Below the pieces are notes generated by a model. The model searched no databases. It was not told the DNA's origin and saw nothing but the letters and a program-made list of their open reading frames with translations. Positions 12,446 to 25,729 of a stretch of 64,000 nt of DNA are shown here, in pieces. The DNA is from Felis catus (Eukaryota). The first letter of the stretch is position 1. Every line of letters starts with the position of its first letter. The stretch spans positions 36,582,001 through 36,646,000 of the forward strand of contig NC_058368.1 of NCBI RefSeq assembly GCF_018350175.1. The letters are read 5' to 3'. Made by a program: the position numbers and the translations under genes.

Positions 12446-15400
12446 TGAAGAAAATACATAGCTCTAAAAGTTTAGTCATAGCAATACAAAATCTGCCAGT
12501 GGAAAAAATATTTTGAATTTACTTAAAACTGGCTACTCCTAAAGTAAGATTCTAGTTTAATAATTACATTGAACTACAATAAAAATGAATGCATTGGAAT
12601 TCACTTTCCTTGTGTAATGCTTTGTTATATTATGCTTTGGAAATGGGTGCCCTTATTTACGGTTGCAAGCCTTTATGCATATTTTGTTCTTTCCCAGTTT
12701 GTTACCTTAAATTTGACTAGATTATGTCCAGCAGTTATCAAATTTAAATCTCTGATGAATACGTGTATGTTCTTTATTATTTTCATTACATATCAAATTA
12801 AGAAAAACCCTTTATATATGAAGTCATGCTGCATTTACTACATATATGTTTATATATGTATACATACAGACTAACTATAATATCTCTGTTTAGTAATTAC
12901 TTGATTTTGTTGCCAAATGTATGTCAATGTTCTGTGGTAATTTTGATGATGTAACTGAGAACAGTTGACTTCATGGAGTCCATTATGTATAAGGGCTTAT
13001 GTGACTTTATATAGATTCTCAGCTACATTTAGGCAAAAACAGAGGACAAGGCACATTAAAATTGGTTTCATAAAGTTTTTTTTAACTTCCTTTTTCCACT
13101 TTATGGGTAGCTGTTAATAAACTTATCATTAGATGTCTAATTCACTTGTATTTTTCTAAAGTATCAAAATATACTATAAAATGGTATTATCCAGACATTA
13201 GTCTTATCATCGAAGTATACAGGTTTCTCTCAGTTGCTCCCTTTTAGTTTAGTTTAGTTTAGTTTTGGTCTCCTTACATTTTTCTGTCACCACCTCAGTG
13301 TCACCCACTCCCCTCACACACACAGCCCACCATCCACTCTCCCCAAGATAAAGAAAACAACAACCAAAAGCCTAGTACCAGTAATTGTGCTTTGGGCCAT
13401 GGAAATTTCTAGATAATTTATCATTTTATATTTTATAGTATATTATTAATGATTCATATGTTTAATTACTAGATCTTTTCCCTCACTCTCATTGTCTAAA
13501 GTTTAGCCACTTTTTCTCTAAAGGACTGAAATACCATCAATATCTAATCTATGCCTTTCTTTTAATGGAGAAACTTGATGTAACCATATGTTTGCCCTTT
13601 TGATTCTCCTATGACTGCTACTTTCATTCTCTTTTTCCATTAATACATCTTAATCTTGTTTTGATGGTGAAATTAATTATTTATTTATAGGTTATATATT
13701 CCCAGAAGTTGAGTTCTTGTTTGCTATTTGTAATGTGCTCCCAAATGTGTTTAACCATTACAGTCAAAGTCAAACTAGAATTTTTACGTTCAGGTTTTTT
13801 TTTTTTTTCTTTTTTTAAGAGGATTTGATAAGAGATTGATTTTATTCTTTTCTCCCTAGAGAAAAATTTAGTTTCCTTACTTCACTTCTTTTCTACTTCC
13901 TTTTTCTGTTTCAGGGTGGCCATAACTGATGAGCACATTGTCATTCCTCACTGTAGCTCTTCCATTCAAAGGTGTTTGCTACTGAGTGATCATTTTCTTT
14001 CTAGTCAGTGATTTTTCCTTTCCCCCTTTAATACCCCTCTTTCTGTTATCATTAGTTTTTAAGTCAATGTAAACTTAGCTGGACAATAAATTTCTCAGAT
14101 GTCACAGTCCATGTAGTGTTTCTGAGCCAAGCAATACCTTTCTACTTTCTACCCATTTGTGAATACTCATCTATTCTCTTTTCTAATTTTTTTTTTTTTT
14201 ACTTATTTACTTTATTTTGCAGTCAACCTAAAAATCTTTTATAAGATGCTTGAAATATTTTACAGTGAGAAGCACGAGAGAATCACTAAATCTTTTGGAG
14301 ATTCTGGTATTACTTTTCTGCTGTGATTGTTGATATTTTATGATTTTGCATAAGTTAATATGACAAATATAGTTGGATCATGAACATCATTATTGGGGAT
14401 AAGATCATTCTTCATTCTTTCTCTGCATGAGTAATTGACTTAGTTTGTAGAAGCATCTCCTTGATATTCAGAAGCCACTAACTTAACATATCTTCATCCA
14501 TCTCCATTTTTTAAAAATACATATGTGCATATATACATAAAAAGGCCCTGAGTAAAAGCTGTTTATGCGATTGTCAATACATTTAGCGTAGAGTTGGTCT
14601 GGAGTTCTCTTGGCCTCTGAGAGTATTAATGTTGGGGTCTATGAGCACTTTTTCTTATTGTAACTGGAATTGTGACAAATTTTAAATTAAAGCAAAATAT
14701 TCACTATATCAATAAGAAGATGATTCTAATTGGTAAACATACTAGAAAAATTAAAGGGCTGCAAAGGTACAGTGTTCATTCACCCCATGGATTGTGTAAT
14801 TTTTAATTTTTAACTCTTAGTCTCTTTTTAATTGTGAAATTATATTTTATCTCTTAGAAGGTGTTTGTTTCTTATTGGTGTAAGATTTGGGAAAAACCTC
14901 TTTTTCCTAAATGTAGCAGTGTTCATTCATTGAAGATGTTTCTAATAGTTTGCAGGAAAAACAGCCCAAAAGCCTGCATATAAACCAAAAGCTTTTATAG
15001 AAATCAGTTGCCTGTATTATCTATTAAAGGTGTAAGGATAAATCATTAAATAAAAAGCATGAAATATTAAGAGACTCAATGACTAAGTTAATAGTCTCTC
15101 ATATGGAAAATTAAAATAAAAATCTACCTAATACTTTAAGGGTTAGTATTTTTCTCACGAAGTTTAGGAATTATTTGCCTATGCTCTCTACACTAAATAC
15201 CTACTTTTCCCTTTCCATATGGATATGTATTTTTCCTTCCAGAACATATTCAGTGATGATATTTCAGATGGTGAAAATATATGTTCTGATTATGATTAAG
15301 TACTTTATTTCCTCCAAAATGATTTAGTAAACTTTTTAATAAGTCATCCTTGATTTTTTTTGTTCTAGCTAGATTTCACCTGGTTCTTTTAGATGTCGTT

Positions 15401-18400
15401 AAATATTCTTTCTTAACGTTAGCATATTTATTATAGTGAACTCTCTAACTATCACACATAATGTGGGGTTCATAACTTATTCTTAACTGGATAAATGCTC
15501 TCGCTTTTTTCCCCCAATGTTCTTTGAACATCATACGATTTTCCTTATTTTTCCAAAGTAAATGAAGCGTTAGGGAGTCTCATTATTTATAAAATTATAT
15601 AGGAAGAAAAGTATACATATATTATTTTATATTTCTGTTTACTGTATGAGAAAACATTAGGGGCAAAGAAAACTGCTGTTTGTGTTTCCTGCAGGCCCTT
15701 TCCAAATTGGTTCCTTTTAACTCTAAAACTAATACCAGGAAACCAGTAAAAAGATGCCTCAGGCAATTTGGAATTATTGTAAAATACCCTGGTGCTGCTG
15801 CTCAGACAAACCTTTTGTGTTTTTAGAGTGTGGTTTCTTCTGAATTGCCTTCCTAAGCCTGTAGAGACACTTGTCAAGTCTTGATTTTCCAAGTATTTTT
15901 ATGACCTGGATTCTATTGAGACTTTTATATCCCAAGAAATGTTTTAGAACTTGCTAGTTTCTAAACTTTCTTTTTATAAATTCATCGTATTTGCTTCTTA
16001 GTATCAGGAAATAATTATTGTTCAGCTGTTGTTCCAAATAAAACCATTATGATTACATAGGTAATGCTTAGTTCCAAGGCCTTAACATACACATCATCTT
16101 GGTCATTAATTCTGGACAGATGGGTTGTTACTGCATTTTAGATGATCATCCTGTTTTAAATGTTTTTCTGTATTCATATATTCAAAAATATTCTTTGCAT
16201 ATCTATTAGGTACTACGTAGGCTCTATTCTAAGTGAAGGATATATGTTAGTGCACAAAGCACACAAAAATCCCTGCCCACTGCACAAAGTTAGAAGAAAG
16301 TTATAGTTCCACTTATGTGAATCAAACTTAAATATCTCATGGGGGTCTTCCTTCTTTCTTCTTGAAGTTTTAAAACAAAATGCGAGTGGAAAAAATCTTG
16401 TTTACTAAAGTTTTAATTAAGTAATGTTTAGGTCTTTATTTTATTCCACCATAGCTTGAAGATAAAATTAACGTGGAAGAAAAAAGCATGACTTAATGAA
16501 TTTTACTTGATTCAAAAGTTCGTATCTATTTGAAAAGTAAAATTTGCTTTTAGGAGGATTTGGGTTTTGCCTTTTTAAATAATTATATATATATATTTCA
16601 GTTTTACTGTACTTTACAAAAGGAACTGTCGATCTGAACTTTTACTTTTGAAGTACGTTTGCACAAAATTTTATAATGACATCCTGGAATACACATTTGA
16701 AAGTTATCTTTTCAAATTCAAATGACACTCACAAAAAGTTATAAATTATTCTACCACTAATAAAAATATTAAAAAGGAACATATTACCAAAAAACCCCTA
16801 ACCTATTTAATGACAGCGATTGAAAGTTATGATACATAAATTAACGAGTTAAAATGGATCCTAAATGTATTAGAACAAGGTCATGTTAGTAATTTTAATG
16901 ATGTAGTGATAAAGTTAGGCTATATCTGGGTTGTGTTTGATATTAAAAGATCATAATAGATATTAAAAAGAGGACAATTGTTACCGAAATCATTAACTTC
17001 AAAGGAATATTAGAATTATGTAACAGTGAAGTTCTGCCAATTAGTAGCCAATAAAAAGTACAAGCACATATTTGATCATAGTCCAAAGGTTTTTCATTTT
17101 TGCTGATAAATTCTTAAATAAATTAGTGGGTATAATTTACCACACTTAAATTTCTGCATTAAAAGCATAAGTTGATTAAGGTCACTAAAATACTGAAATA
17201 CATTTTCTTCCACCATACATATTTCGGGAAACTTTCCTTTCAAACATTGTCCTACAGGCCATGCCCATTTTGTTTTGCCTTGTTTTGTTGCAGTATAAGC
17301 AGAGTTAGTCAGAATGAAACTGTACTGATAGCTTAGCCCAATTTAAGAACATATGGGTGATGGAATTTGGGGATTCCATGCAGTGTCTTCAAGCTTTGAT
17401 TTCATAAAGTTTGGTTGTACTTGATATTCTTTATTTCTTCATCAATTGCTCAGCCTTTCACAATTCCCACCAGAGGTTGTGGATTACACAGAAGGACTTT
17501 ACTGGAGATATGAAAGCTGCTGATGAAGAGGGAGAGATTATTCATTCATAAATGCGTACCATATACATAGAGATGTCAACTTCATACTGTTGGTATCTAC
17601 CCCCTGAAGCCCAAATTTTGTTTTAGGTTTGTGATAGCCAAACCTAACAGTTGATTATGAAAATGTTGACATCTACGTTTGACCCTGCTATATTATTTAA
17701 CAGAGACATTTTATTTCACCATTTAAATTAATCCTAAGAGAATAATAAACTAGATAATAATTTTAAAAACCTATACAAAAAGTACTGTTTGAATTTTGCT
17801 ATTTGATAACTTCGTATATTGTAATCTACCCAAAGGAGCTATATATAAAGACATGTTTAAAACGTTTCTGGGTAATCTGAGGTTTTCTTTATTGAGCACT
17901 GAATGTACAGGTTATTTGTTTATGTCATGTTCCTTTTTTCTGAAGGTGAAATAACTTCCAAAGTGAAATAACATGGCAGGGTATTACCCAAGATGTGCCG
18001 TCTTTTTAAAATTATTATAGTCATACTAGTCAGTTTGTTTCTAACTTTAACTATAATTCATAAGACAATTTGAGCCTTACATTATTTGGTTATCAGTATT
18101 AAGAATCAAGCTAGCATAACTGTTTGAAAAATCCACAGCAATTATTTTTGCATAAATGAATACCAGCAGATATGATATTAATCTTCTATCTTCTAAGTCT
18201 CACCTTTATTAATAACAACCTAAAGTGTGGTGCCCTGAATTATGATGTTTGTTAGTTAAAGTTAAAATCATGTTGCTTTTAGATTTATGCCAAATATCCT
18301 CTGATTTACATTTCCCTTCAAAGTAGTCTTTAAGGAAGCATCATGGGGGAGAGCAGCAGCCGAAGGGTGCTGGGATTGTCAGGTGAACTGATTTTTTCCT

Positions 18401-21400
18401 TTGGCGTTTTTGATTTAGTAGGCTCAAGCCTTGTTCTCTTCGAAGTGTAAATTTTTGTTTTTTCGTTTATTTTACGTACCAGGGCTTTTAAAATTGCCAT
18501 TTCAAACTGCACTGAATTTTATCATTCCTTTGCATATAATACAAAAGACTTGCTAATATACTTATTGCACAGAAAATAAAATAGTAAAATAAATGAATCT
18601 GAGGAATATTTTTGTTTTGTTTTATTTCTCTGTCCCAACAGTGTTACTCTTATACTGGGCATGTGCCTTGACTAGACACTTATGTCAGTATATTTTAAAG
18701 ATTATTTTCAATCAGAAGAGGCATCCTTGAATTAAAAAAATACACACAGTTCTATTTCAGTTTCTAGTGAATTTCTGAGCCTCTTCCATCTGCACCTAAA
18801 GAAGCTGAAAAATAGTGTTGTGTTGTTGGACCACAGCACTTTCAGATGGAGCCCCGCAATACATCTTTCCTCCCCTAAAGTCTGGGATTGACCATACATA
18901 TTGGATTGCATACCATAGGGGGTTGTCAACTGTCCTTTCATCTTGTGTCTCCGCTTAATACTGTTTTTGTGTATTCTTTGGTCATCTTGTTTGTTAGTCA
19001 TCTCTCTCTGTTTTCATTTTTATTTCCAAAACAGTCTTGTATCCTCTTGGCTTTTTTTTTTTTTTTTAACCATTCTTTCTTTCCTTTCTTTCTTTATTTT
19101 ACCTTTGGTAGGTGGTATCTCTTGATATATATGGACTACTTTTCCTATTGATCTTAATTTTCTGAACTTTACTGGATCTATGCTATTTACTCTAGAATCC
19201 TGTGTGATAGGCTTCACTAGGAAAGAATGGAGTTTGATCTGTCTCCTTGTGAGAAATACTCTAATGTTATAGAACTTCCAATTCCATTAAACTTGGGAAC
19301 TACTAGCAAGAGTTTTACACCTTGGCTTGAAATAACTCCCTTAGCAACCTGTCATTGACTGAGAGCACCATTCAGAAGGGAAAGGAAGTACTACAACAGT
19401 GAGTACATTTTATTTGCCTAAAAAAGAAAACCCATATGGTTTATTAAGAGTAAACATAGTTGAAGAGGCTCTATTTAAGCAACTTAGACCACTGTAAGAA
19501 TACAAAAGTCATTAGTTTTTTGTGCAGATGGTTTTATGCCTAATCCATCTAGAAGGTGTGTTCTGAGAATATTAGTTCTGCTTTTTAGTTAAATACATTT
19601 GGAAAATGCTGGGTTAAAAAAATTAAGCATGCTTTTTTTTTTTTTTTTTATGGGACCTCTTTGAGCCAATAACAGACTAATATGTATTTTATTTCATCTC
19701 GTTTTTCTCCATTTATTTAGGTCTTCTGTAATTTCCTTCATCAGTGCTTTGTAGTTAACGTGCAACCTTGCTAATATCACTTATTGGATCTATGAGCTTA
19801 TGTTCATTTGCTTTGAGTGCTTTTGGTTTTTATTTTTTTTATTTAGAAAATACTGTTGAACATTCACATCAGTTGATACATATTTTAATCTCTGAGAGAG
19901 AGAGATACTGTGTATTGCTTCACAAACTTATTTGTTCATGGAACTTTTTTTTTAACCTGTTATAGAACCTGTTACAGAAAATCTATAGGACATATTTTGG
20001 AAAACGTCTTAGCTGTCTTGTTACCTTCTTTCTAGTTTTCAAATTTTCCCAGCTTTAAGATAGGGTGAAGATTTAGCTTTAAATATATTGTTTTAGATAT
20101 TCCAAACTTCTTAAGAGAAACATAATATTATATTTTTATGTTATAAATAGAGACTAAATATGTAGTAAAAGGCAGTTTGTCCTCAAACATGTTCTCTCAT
20201 CTTATAACTCACTGATCTTTTAATTTTATTTTAACTTAATTCTAATTCTAAAAACTTCTATGTATTAACATTTAGAAATTGTCATTTGTGGAGACTACCA
20301 TTAGAGTTTTTATAATATTGCTGTCCTTCTCTGTAATTCTCACCCAATAACCTACATGATGTTTACATGTTCCAGCAGTAAGGCATTTTCATCATCTATT
20401 TGGGTTTTGAATTTGTTATTCCCCAATAAACTAGTCTGAGACAAAATCTGAAATCCCTTTTTTTGTTGTTTTTAAGATGACATTTCAAAAAGAAAGTGTC
20501 AAAGCAAGTTAATTCCAGTGGGTAAGTGAACATTGTTAAGTGAAGGAGATTCCTAAAAGACCAAAAATTCTGTTTTGTTTCAACATTTATATTGCTCTTT
20601 TACTAATAGGCTTGTATGTTCTAAAGCTTTTGACTAATATTGTTTTAATTAGTTGAAAGCTTGTTAAAAGCCTCCTGGAAAATAAGCAAGCTCTTATACT
20701 TAACTGCTCTTGATCTCCCTTTCTTCTTTTCCTGGTTACAACAGTTAAGTGAGATGAATTGATAATCTTGGACAGAATTCCACAGCTCACTTGAGTGAAC
20801 TAGAGGGGGAAATATTCTTATTTTAAGAAACCTGCCTTTTCCAGGCACTTATAATTATAAACAAGGGCAGAATTTATGGTTGGATAATAGCTAGTGAGAG
20901 TGCAAAAGAACTCTTTAAATAAGTGGTAGATATATACTGTAAGTACCAGCTCTTTTAGAGCTTGAAGGAATTAGAATTTTAAGTAAGCACATGAACGGGC
21001 TTGATAACTAAAACAGTAGAAGGAGGTCAGAAATTATGTGTTGATTTATGATTTATGGATGATTTATGTAGTCTTGGTGGGCACCTTTATTACTGAAGAG
21101 TCCTTTGTCAGACATCAAGCCTGAGCGTAATAGTCTAATATGATAGTTTTCCAATACATAGTCTTTGAATGCTTTTTGTAGCAAAGCTACTTCAGAAAAT
21201 AGATTGCCCTATATACCCAAAGGATTAAAAGGATATAAGAGAAGTAGAAGATAGATTTCCTTCCTTCCAGAAACCATCTAATAAATATTAATAAGGCCTC
21301 CATCAGACCTAGATGGCTCCAGTCTGGGAACCATTGTTGGAATGGTTCTTGATTACAATTTTGTTATGCATGTTAAACGAATAGGATAGCGTGAAGGAGG

Positions 21401-23289
21401 GAAGTGGGGAAGGCTAACATTGACTTTTCAAAACTAGAACTAACTTTAAAGACCTTTTATTGACACTTTTATCTTGCCTGAAGTATGCTCATTTTTTCCC
21501 AGATCATGTGATTAAAAAATTAGGGTAAGCCTTTTTGGTCATGCTTAACCAACAACTTACTATATAAAGTAAGATATTAGAAGTCAGTTTAATTCTGTTT
21601 CTTTCTGGTTCAAATTTTAAAATGTATGGGCTTGTGTTCTTTTTTTTTTTTTTTTTTTAATGTTGGAAACCATTTTTGGTACTATTTAATGAATGATTTT
21701 AGGAGAATATAATGATCATTTTATCTTGAAGAGACTAATGTAAATAAAGCTTAAAATAATGTGGAGAAAATATACTAATTTTTTTCTTACCTCATAAAAT
21801 CATTAGATAATATAAATATTATTATTATTAGGAGTTCCTGAATTTGACCATCAGTATTCAAAAGAATGTTAGGCTTAATTAGATTTTTCAAATATGTAAT
21901 TGAAGTCTTAAAGCAAAGGGAAAAGGGAGGCATATCGAAAGCTTGAAAGTATTAGTACTTACTCGAAATTTTTTGTTTATTCTAGGTAAACTTTTTTTCT
22001 TCTTCTATTTTGCTCATTTTCTGTCCTTTTCCTCTTCCCCCTTACCCAGACTCTTCTTCCTTGTCCTCTTCCTCTTTGGTTTTGTGTCTGAGTATTTGCC
22101 TTTTTATTCATCTTAAAGGTTTCACGTGGCTTTTAACTATTAGATTGAGTATGTTCCATCTCAGACAAGACTGATCCTCAAATGAAGTCTGGTTAAATAG
22201 AGCATTTTTCAAGTTCAGAAAACCTTTGAAAGCTTTGGGAACAAATGAATTGATATCCTTTGTTGATCTTTTATAAGCCCTGATTATAATTGATGCTTAC
22301 TTAGCACCTAGACCTAACTGACACAAGTTCTCATAAATGCAAAGACTGTTAGAGACAGACGTACTGGAGCTGAGTACAAAAAGATCTAGAAGTGATAAAA
22401 AGTTGGTTAAATGCCAAGTTGATTTAAATTGTACCCTTGTATTCTTAGGAAATAAGAAAAGAAAAAAAATTCTCATTGAATATATTTAAAACTTACTTGA
22501 AATGTAAGTAATCAAGATGAGAAATTAAAATATATAATTCTTTAAGAAAAATTAAGGAACTATTCAAGAAACTAGGTACTGAAAACTCTAAACTTTGTCA
22601 TAGAAAATTAATTATAAAAGGCTACATTAAAGACCTTTTAGATGTAATTTAGAAATATGAGATTTACATCTCATTTATAAGAAGATGATACATTTTCCTA
22701 TTAATTTGTTGAAAATACTTGGCTATAAAAAGACTGAATATTCTGTCCATTCTAATGATTATAATTGCTTTAATGAAAATAATCACTGAGGGAAGATGAT
22801 TAAAATAGAAAAAAATGGCCATAGGGTAGGGTTAAATATATATTTGGTATCTGGGTTCTTAGGTATTTTTCAAAATAATTTTTATAATGGTATAATTTAA
22901 AAAGGTTTGACTCAAACTGCTAAACAAAACATTTCAAACAAACTGCTTTGAATAATTTCAATTATTAAAAAAAATTGTTTACTTTCTGAAGTGAGAATTA
23001 CTATACTTTGAGATTCCAGTAAATTTCACATCAGTGGCAAAGTACTGCCAAAATTACTTCTGACATCATTTACTACTTAGTGCTATTCTTGAGCCCGAGC
23101 CTGAGAAACATTTTCAGATTCTGTGTGCTGTATCCTGAGAGAATTTGATGCAAAGAGGCCACTGCAAGAGTTACATGTCTGCTCTGCTTGGCCTTTAAAA
23201 GAAGGGGAGAGGGCAAGGCTGGTCTTGGGCATATTACTTCCACCTCCCTTTTGCCCCTGCTTCAGCTCCAGGGGAGCTGGAAATGCACA

Positions 23290-23480
23290 GGAAGAATCGG
23301 AAGACCTGGGTCGAGTCCCGGCTCTGCCACTTACTACCTAAGTGACTTTGGGTAAGTTACTTAATATCTGTGGGTCTCAGTTTCAGTACAGGGTTGTCGT
23401 GAGGATTAAGTAATACGATCAATGGAAATGTGCTTTGTAAACTCCCAAGGTATATAGAAACATACATTTTTATCATTGTA
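23290..23480 (+). mobile_element. MIR element
   Basis: gacctgggtcgagtcccggctctgccacttacta...gtgactttgggtaagttacttaa...tctcagtttc, a well-preserved MIR core. Confidence 0.85.
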
Positions 23481-24589
23481 ACCTTGGCCTTCTTCCCTGT
23501 TCTTCTATAGCATAGTGTCCTCAGCTATGTTTTTTTTAAAGCAACCCAAAATGACTTAATTCCTTTTGCTTCTCCCTATGTCCTCTCCACATTGGAATTC
23601 TTATTCCTATCTTCTGCATGCTTCAGAGTTAAATATTCTAAGAATACAAAACCAGTCTAGTTAAATTAATTTCACCATGAAGTGTGGATTACTGTTACCG
23701 CTTCTTACCTTTCACACTCCTACCTTTCTCCTTTATTCTTCTCAGAATTATGTGCTTAGAAACGTGAAGAATCTACTGCATGAATATTCAGACAGTGTTG
23801 GGGAGCAATGTTTTGGCAGAGGGAAATCCTATTACCTTAAATCCTATTACCATGAATTAGTAAGGTGGACTGGGAAAATGGGAATATGATTGTGCCTCTA
23901 GTCCTTTCTCTGTGGGAAAAGAGATGGAAGGAGTTTGGGATTTAAAAGCTCTTGAGAAGTCTCACTGAAAACCTAGATCCTCAGCTTGAGGTGTAATCAT
24001 AGATGGGAAAAGGGATTTAATGACCATAACTCTCAAAGAGTTATATCTGACTGGGCCTCATCTTTGCTTCTCAGTAAAGTAAGTTCTAGCCCACCCTCAG
24101 CCAAACTATGCTCATAATGCCTAGGATCTTTTCTGGGTGCTCGGTGTATAGAGGCTGTGTGGAGCTAAGGAAGGAAAGAGAACTTGCCTTCTGGATCACA
24201 TCTGGTTCCAGATCAAGGGATCTTTATGAGGGCGTAAAAGAGCTTAAATCTCTACCTGGTCCAGCCCTCCCCGTAATCTAAGAATGCTTGATCTGGCTAT
24301 GTGTAAATAATAACAATAATAGCCACTTACCGTGAACTGCTTGCCATTAATGCCTAATTATCATGGATCACAATAACAGTTAATCATGCCATGATTAGAT
24401 TAACTTTCTTAAAGATTTTATTTATTTTCTTTTGTTTTTACAGCCTTGACCTTTTGACTTATGCTCAATATGGTTTCTTGCTGAAGTAGCAGTGTCATCT
24501 TTCATAACTAAGAATTAGAAATATTGAACTCTAGGAGTATTCAAACGCAAATTGAAACAATTACATGCAGGGTTAAATGTATGAGTTGG

Positions 24590-25090
24590 TGGGGAAAAAT
24601 TAGGTAAAGCTCATGCTGGCAAGGATGCAGTGATGTGAGTACTCTTAAACATGGCCAACGGCAGTGTAAATTGATGTAATCCTTCTGATTTTTTCCAAGC
24701 CTAAAGAGTGTTTAAAACCAATAATCCCACAGTTGTTAATCTCTCCTAGGGAAAGAGCAAAGGAAATAAGCTAATTGCTGAGAGATGATCATTGCAGCAT
24801 TGTGATAAAAACTAGAAGTTACCTAAATGCCTAACAATAATAAGAGAATGGTAAAATAAGTGATCTTCCACCTAATGGATGAAATATGATACAGCTGTCA
24901 TAAAAGATCATTATGAAGGCTGTAATGTCATGGGAAATATTTATGATGAGTGAATAAAGCCAATTTATAGATTTGGATGAGAATACATTCAAGGTAATGG
25001 CTTAGTGTAGTAGAATTATGTACACTCTGTGTGTCTACATACACTTTTTCAATTTTATAAACTTTCTGTCATTTTGTATTATGATTTTTT
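24590..25090 (+). mobile_element. Old L1 (L1ME-like) 3' fragment
   Basis: gctggcaaggatgcagtg...gcagtgtaaattg...cattgcagcattg...aactagaagttacctaaatgcc. Confidence 0.6.
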
Positions 25091-25729
25091 ATTTGAAAAA
25101 GTAAAAGCAAGCAAAATAAAATTAGCAGGAAGGAAGTTGATCATAATTAGGGAATTTTAGTCTTAAAAATCCCTAAAATTTGCAAAAAGGATCTGAAAAT
25201 ATGAGAGTTTAAAAAAGTATGAGAAACAAAACATCACCTTTTAATTTTTAATTTTGCCTTTGCCTTCAGTGAGGTTAATGGCAATGCAGTTATGGTTTTT
25301 TCATGATAAAATACCATGGTCTTTAAACTTGTTCCTGTCTGTAATTAGTAAATGAAAACAACTGAACAAATAGAGTTACTTCTGCAAAGTCTTATCACCT
25401 ATTTTCATTCTGTCCATACAGCCTACTCCCCAATTCCTTGCAAAATTCTCCCTTAATTATACTGTTCCCAAAATGCTTACACACCTTCAGAATTCAGGCT
25501 CTCCTAAGTGCTTTCAAATACAGAGCAAAATACATTTCTCCTATGAAATATTTCTTTAATCTGTACTTACCTACCATTCATAATTTTAGGAATATGTTAC
25601 TATGTAGTTATAATATTTTGTTTGACTCTTTGTCCCTGGTTAGCATTTGATATGTTATTAAAATATTAAGTAAAAAGTGAAGTTTTTATTTTGAGGTTTT
25701 CCTATTATCATTTCAAATATGTATCAGTC

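Noticed and set aside
23118..23351. Longer 234-nt version of the MIR exon using ttttcAG at 23116-23117
   Set aside because: Short pyrimidine tract and an in-frame stop after six codons. The acceptor at 23265 is much stronger.
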